A stretch of 59,997 nucleotides of DNA, counting the filler, from Hausera hauseri (Eukaryota): assembly GCA_046269625.1 (NCBI GenBank). It is 10 parts of 10 records of this genome, joined end to end, with 100 filler letters (N's around TTAATTAATTAA, not from the genome) between each part and the next. Parts side by side here need not be neighbours in the genome. Positions count along the whole stretch, not along the records: positions 55,282 to 59,997 come from JBJURY010463911.1; 9 more parts are not named here. One strand, 5' to 3'. Positions 58,987-59,997 of the stretch are shown piece by piece. Numbering within the stretch: the first letter of the stretch is position 1; the number at the start of each line of letters is the position of its first letter. The notes beneath the pieces were generated by a model. The model searched no databases and had not been told where the DNA came from. It saw only the letters and a program-made list of their open reading frames with translations. The position numbers were made by a program, and so were the translations under genes.

Positions 58987-59830
58987 ATGTCCAACCTTCT
59001 TCATAGGTTCGGACGAAACTCCATTGAAGTGGTTCCATGTGTTTAAAACATGGGCTACTCAGTGCAGCATCACCGGCCAACTAAACAAAACCTTAACACT
59101 TATACAATACCTGCAGCCAACAACGGTCGCAGCAATAACGGATCTGGACACGTTACTGTCAGATGAAAAGCCGTTTGACAAAGTCAAAGCAACCATATGC
59201 AAAGCATACCTGCTATCCCAGCAGGACCAGTTCAACCTGGTCTTCACCAAGCGACAGAGAGGGAATATGAAACCTTCTGCTCTGCTTCAAAAGTTACGCT
59301 CAGATTTGAGCAATGCTGAATTGGACCTCCACAGCAACCAGAACATACTACGGCGCTACATCCTGAGTAGTTTGCCCAACCAAATTCAAGCAGCACTTGT
59401 GCTATTACCGCCGGATACCACTTTGGACGATATGGCATCAAAAGCCGACAAAATATATGAGTGCACTAAAGGCACTGTAGAATCCGCACCAACGGAAAAC
59501 ATCCACTCCGTCACGGCGACCCAGCAAAATCAGCTATACACCATTATCGCTGCACTGCAAGCACTTGTAACGCACAAGAATCTGCCAGCCAAAGACAAAC
59601 CGTCATCTCGGCGTCAATCCCCCAAGAGAAAGAAAGGCAAATTTTTAAAAATTTGCCATTTCCACACACGATTTTGTGAATCCACCTATAAATGTTACCA
59701 TAGTTGTCAATTCGACAAGCCATACGCACAGATAAAAATGCAAGATACTTCCATTTATCACAATAATTTCGGTCCAGACGCAAAAATCTGAGGACCCGGC
59801 TGCAAATTTCACAAGCCTTCAAAAAACTAA
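58987..59830 (+). pseudogene. gag: Element E gag with two CHCC-type motifs
   Basis: KPSALLQKLR...ILSSLPNQIQAAL...LDDMASKADKIYE; ICHFHTRFCESTYKCYHSC and SIYHNNFGPDAKI*GPGC. Confidence 0.88.
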
Positions 59831-59887
59831 ATGGGCCCAGATGACCAACGGCACGTCGACTGGAAACCCAATCACCACAACTGCCAT
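59821..59887 (+). promoter_or_regulatory. -1 ribosomal frameshift signal of element E
   Basis: tcA AAA AAC taa in the gag frame, 9-nt spacer, stem CCAG-A-TGAC/GTCG-A-CTGG, loop containing ACGGCA, downstream TGCCAT. Confidence 0.75.
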
Positions 59888-59997
59888 ATTCAAATAGCGA
59901 ACGCATTTTCAATGATATTTTTCCCTCGAGGCGGAGTCACTACACTCCGACATCTCGAAACAACTCAATTTTCTAATCGACACTGGTGCAGCTTTAT

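Larger units (their letters stand above)
58690..59997 (+). mobile_element. Ty3/gypsy element E (CsRn1-like): putative 5' LTR (about 58690-58888), PBS-like site, gag and start of protease
   Basis: AATAAA...CCACTATA followed by TGGCGACTCC (PBS-like, 58890). gag is homologous to element C. NFLIDTGAAL at the window end. Confidence 0.85.

Overview
This window is not one locus. It is ten eukaryotic contigs joined by artificial 100-nt linkers (N44-TTAATTAATTAA-N44). Contigs: 1-6665, 6766-12217, 12318-17145, 17246-26540, 26641-31112, 31213-41614, 41715-45765, 45866-51107, 51208-55181 and 55282-59997. Most look like an AT-rich invertebrate genome, while 45866-51107 looks like teleost fish DNA. Decayed mobile elements dominate: five Ty3/gypsy elements with coding remnants, a fish-type LTR, a Maverick/Polinton end, and RTE, L1/Tx1 and Penelope fragments. 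Host-gene pieces, most of them disrupted, include a CYP2-clan P450 exon, CEP97, a multi-Tudor protein, an Ig-domain exon and an adhesion GPCR. Main discovery candidate: two divergent Ty3/gypsy elements (6766-12217 and 17246-26540) each carry a chuvirus-like envelope glycoprotein between gag and pol, giving the order gag-G-PR-RT-RH-IN. The frame relationships suggest a single Gag-signal peptide-G-Pol polyprotein. Second candidate: a CsRn1-type gypsy element with no LTRs but structured GC-rich termini, one of which recurs beside unrelated DNA in another contig. All family assignments come from motif recognition and hand translation, not database searches.
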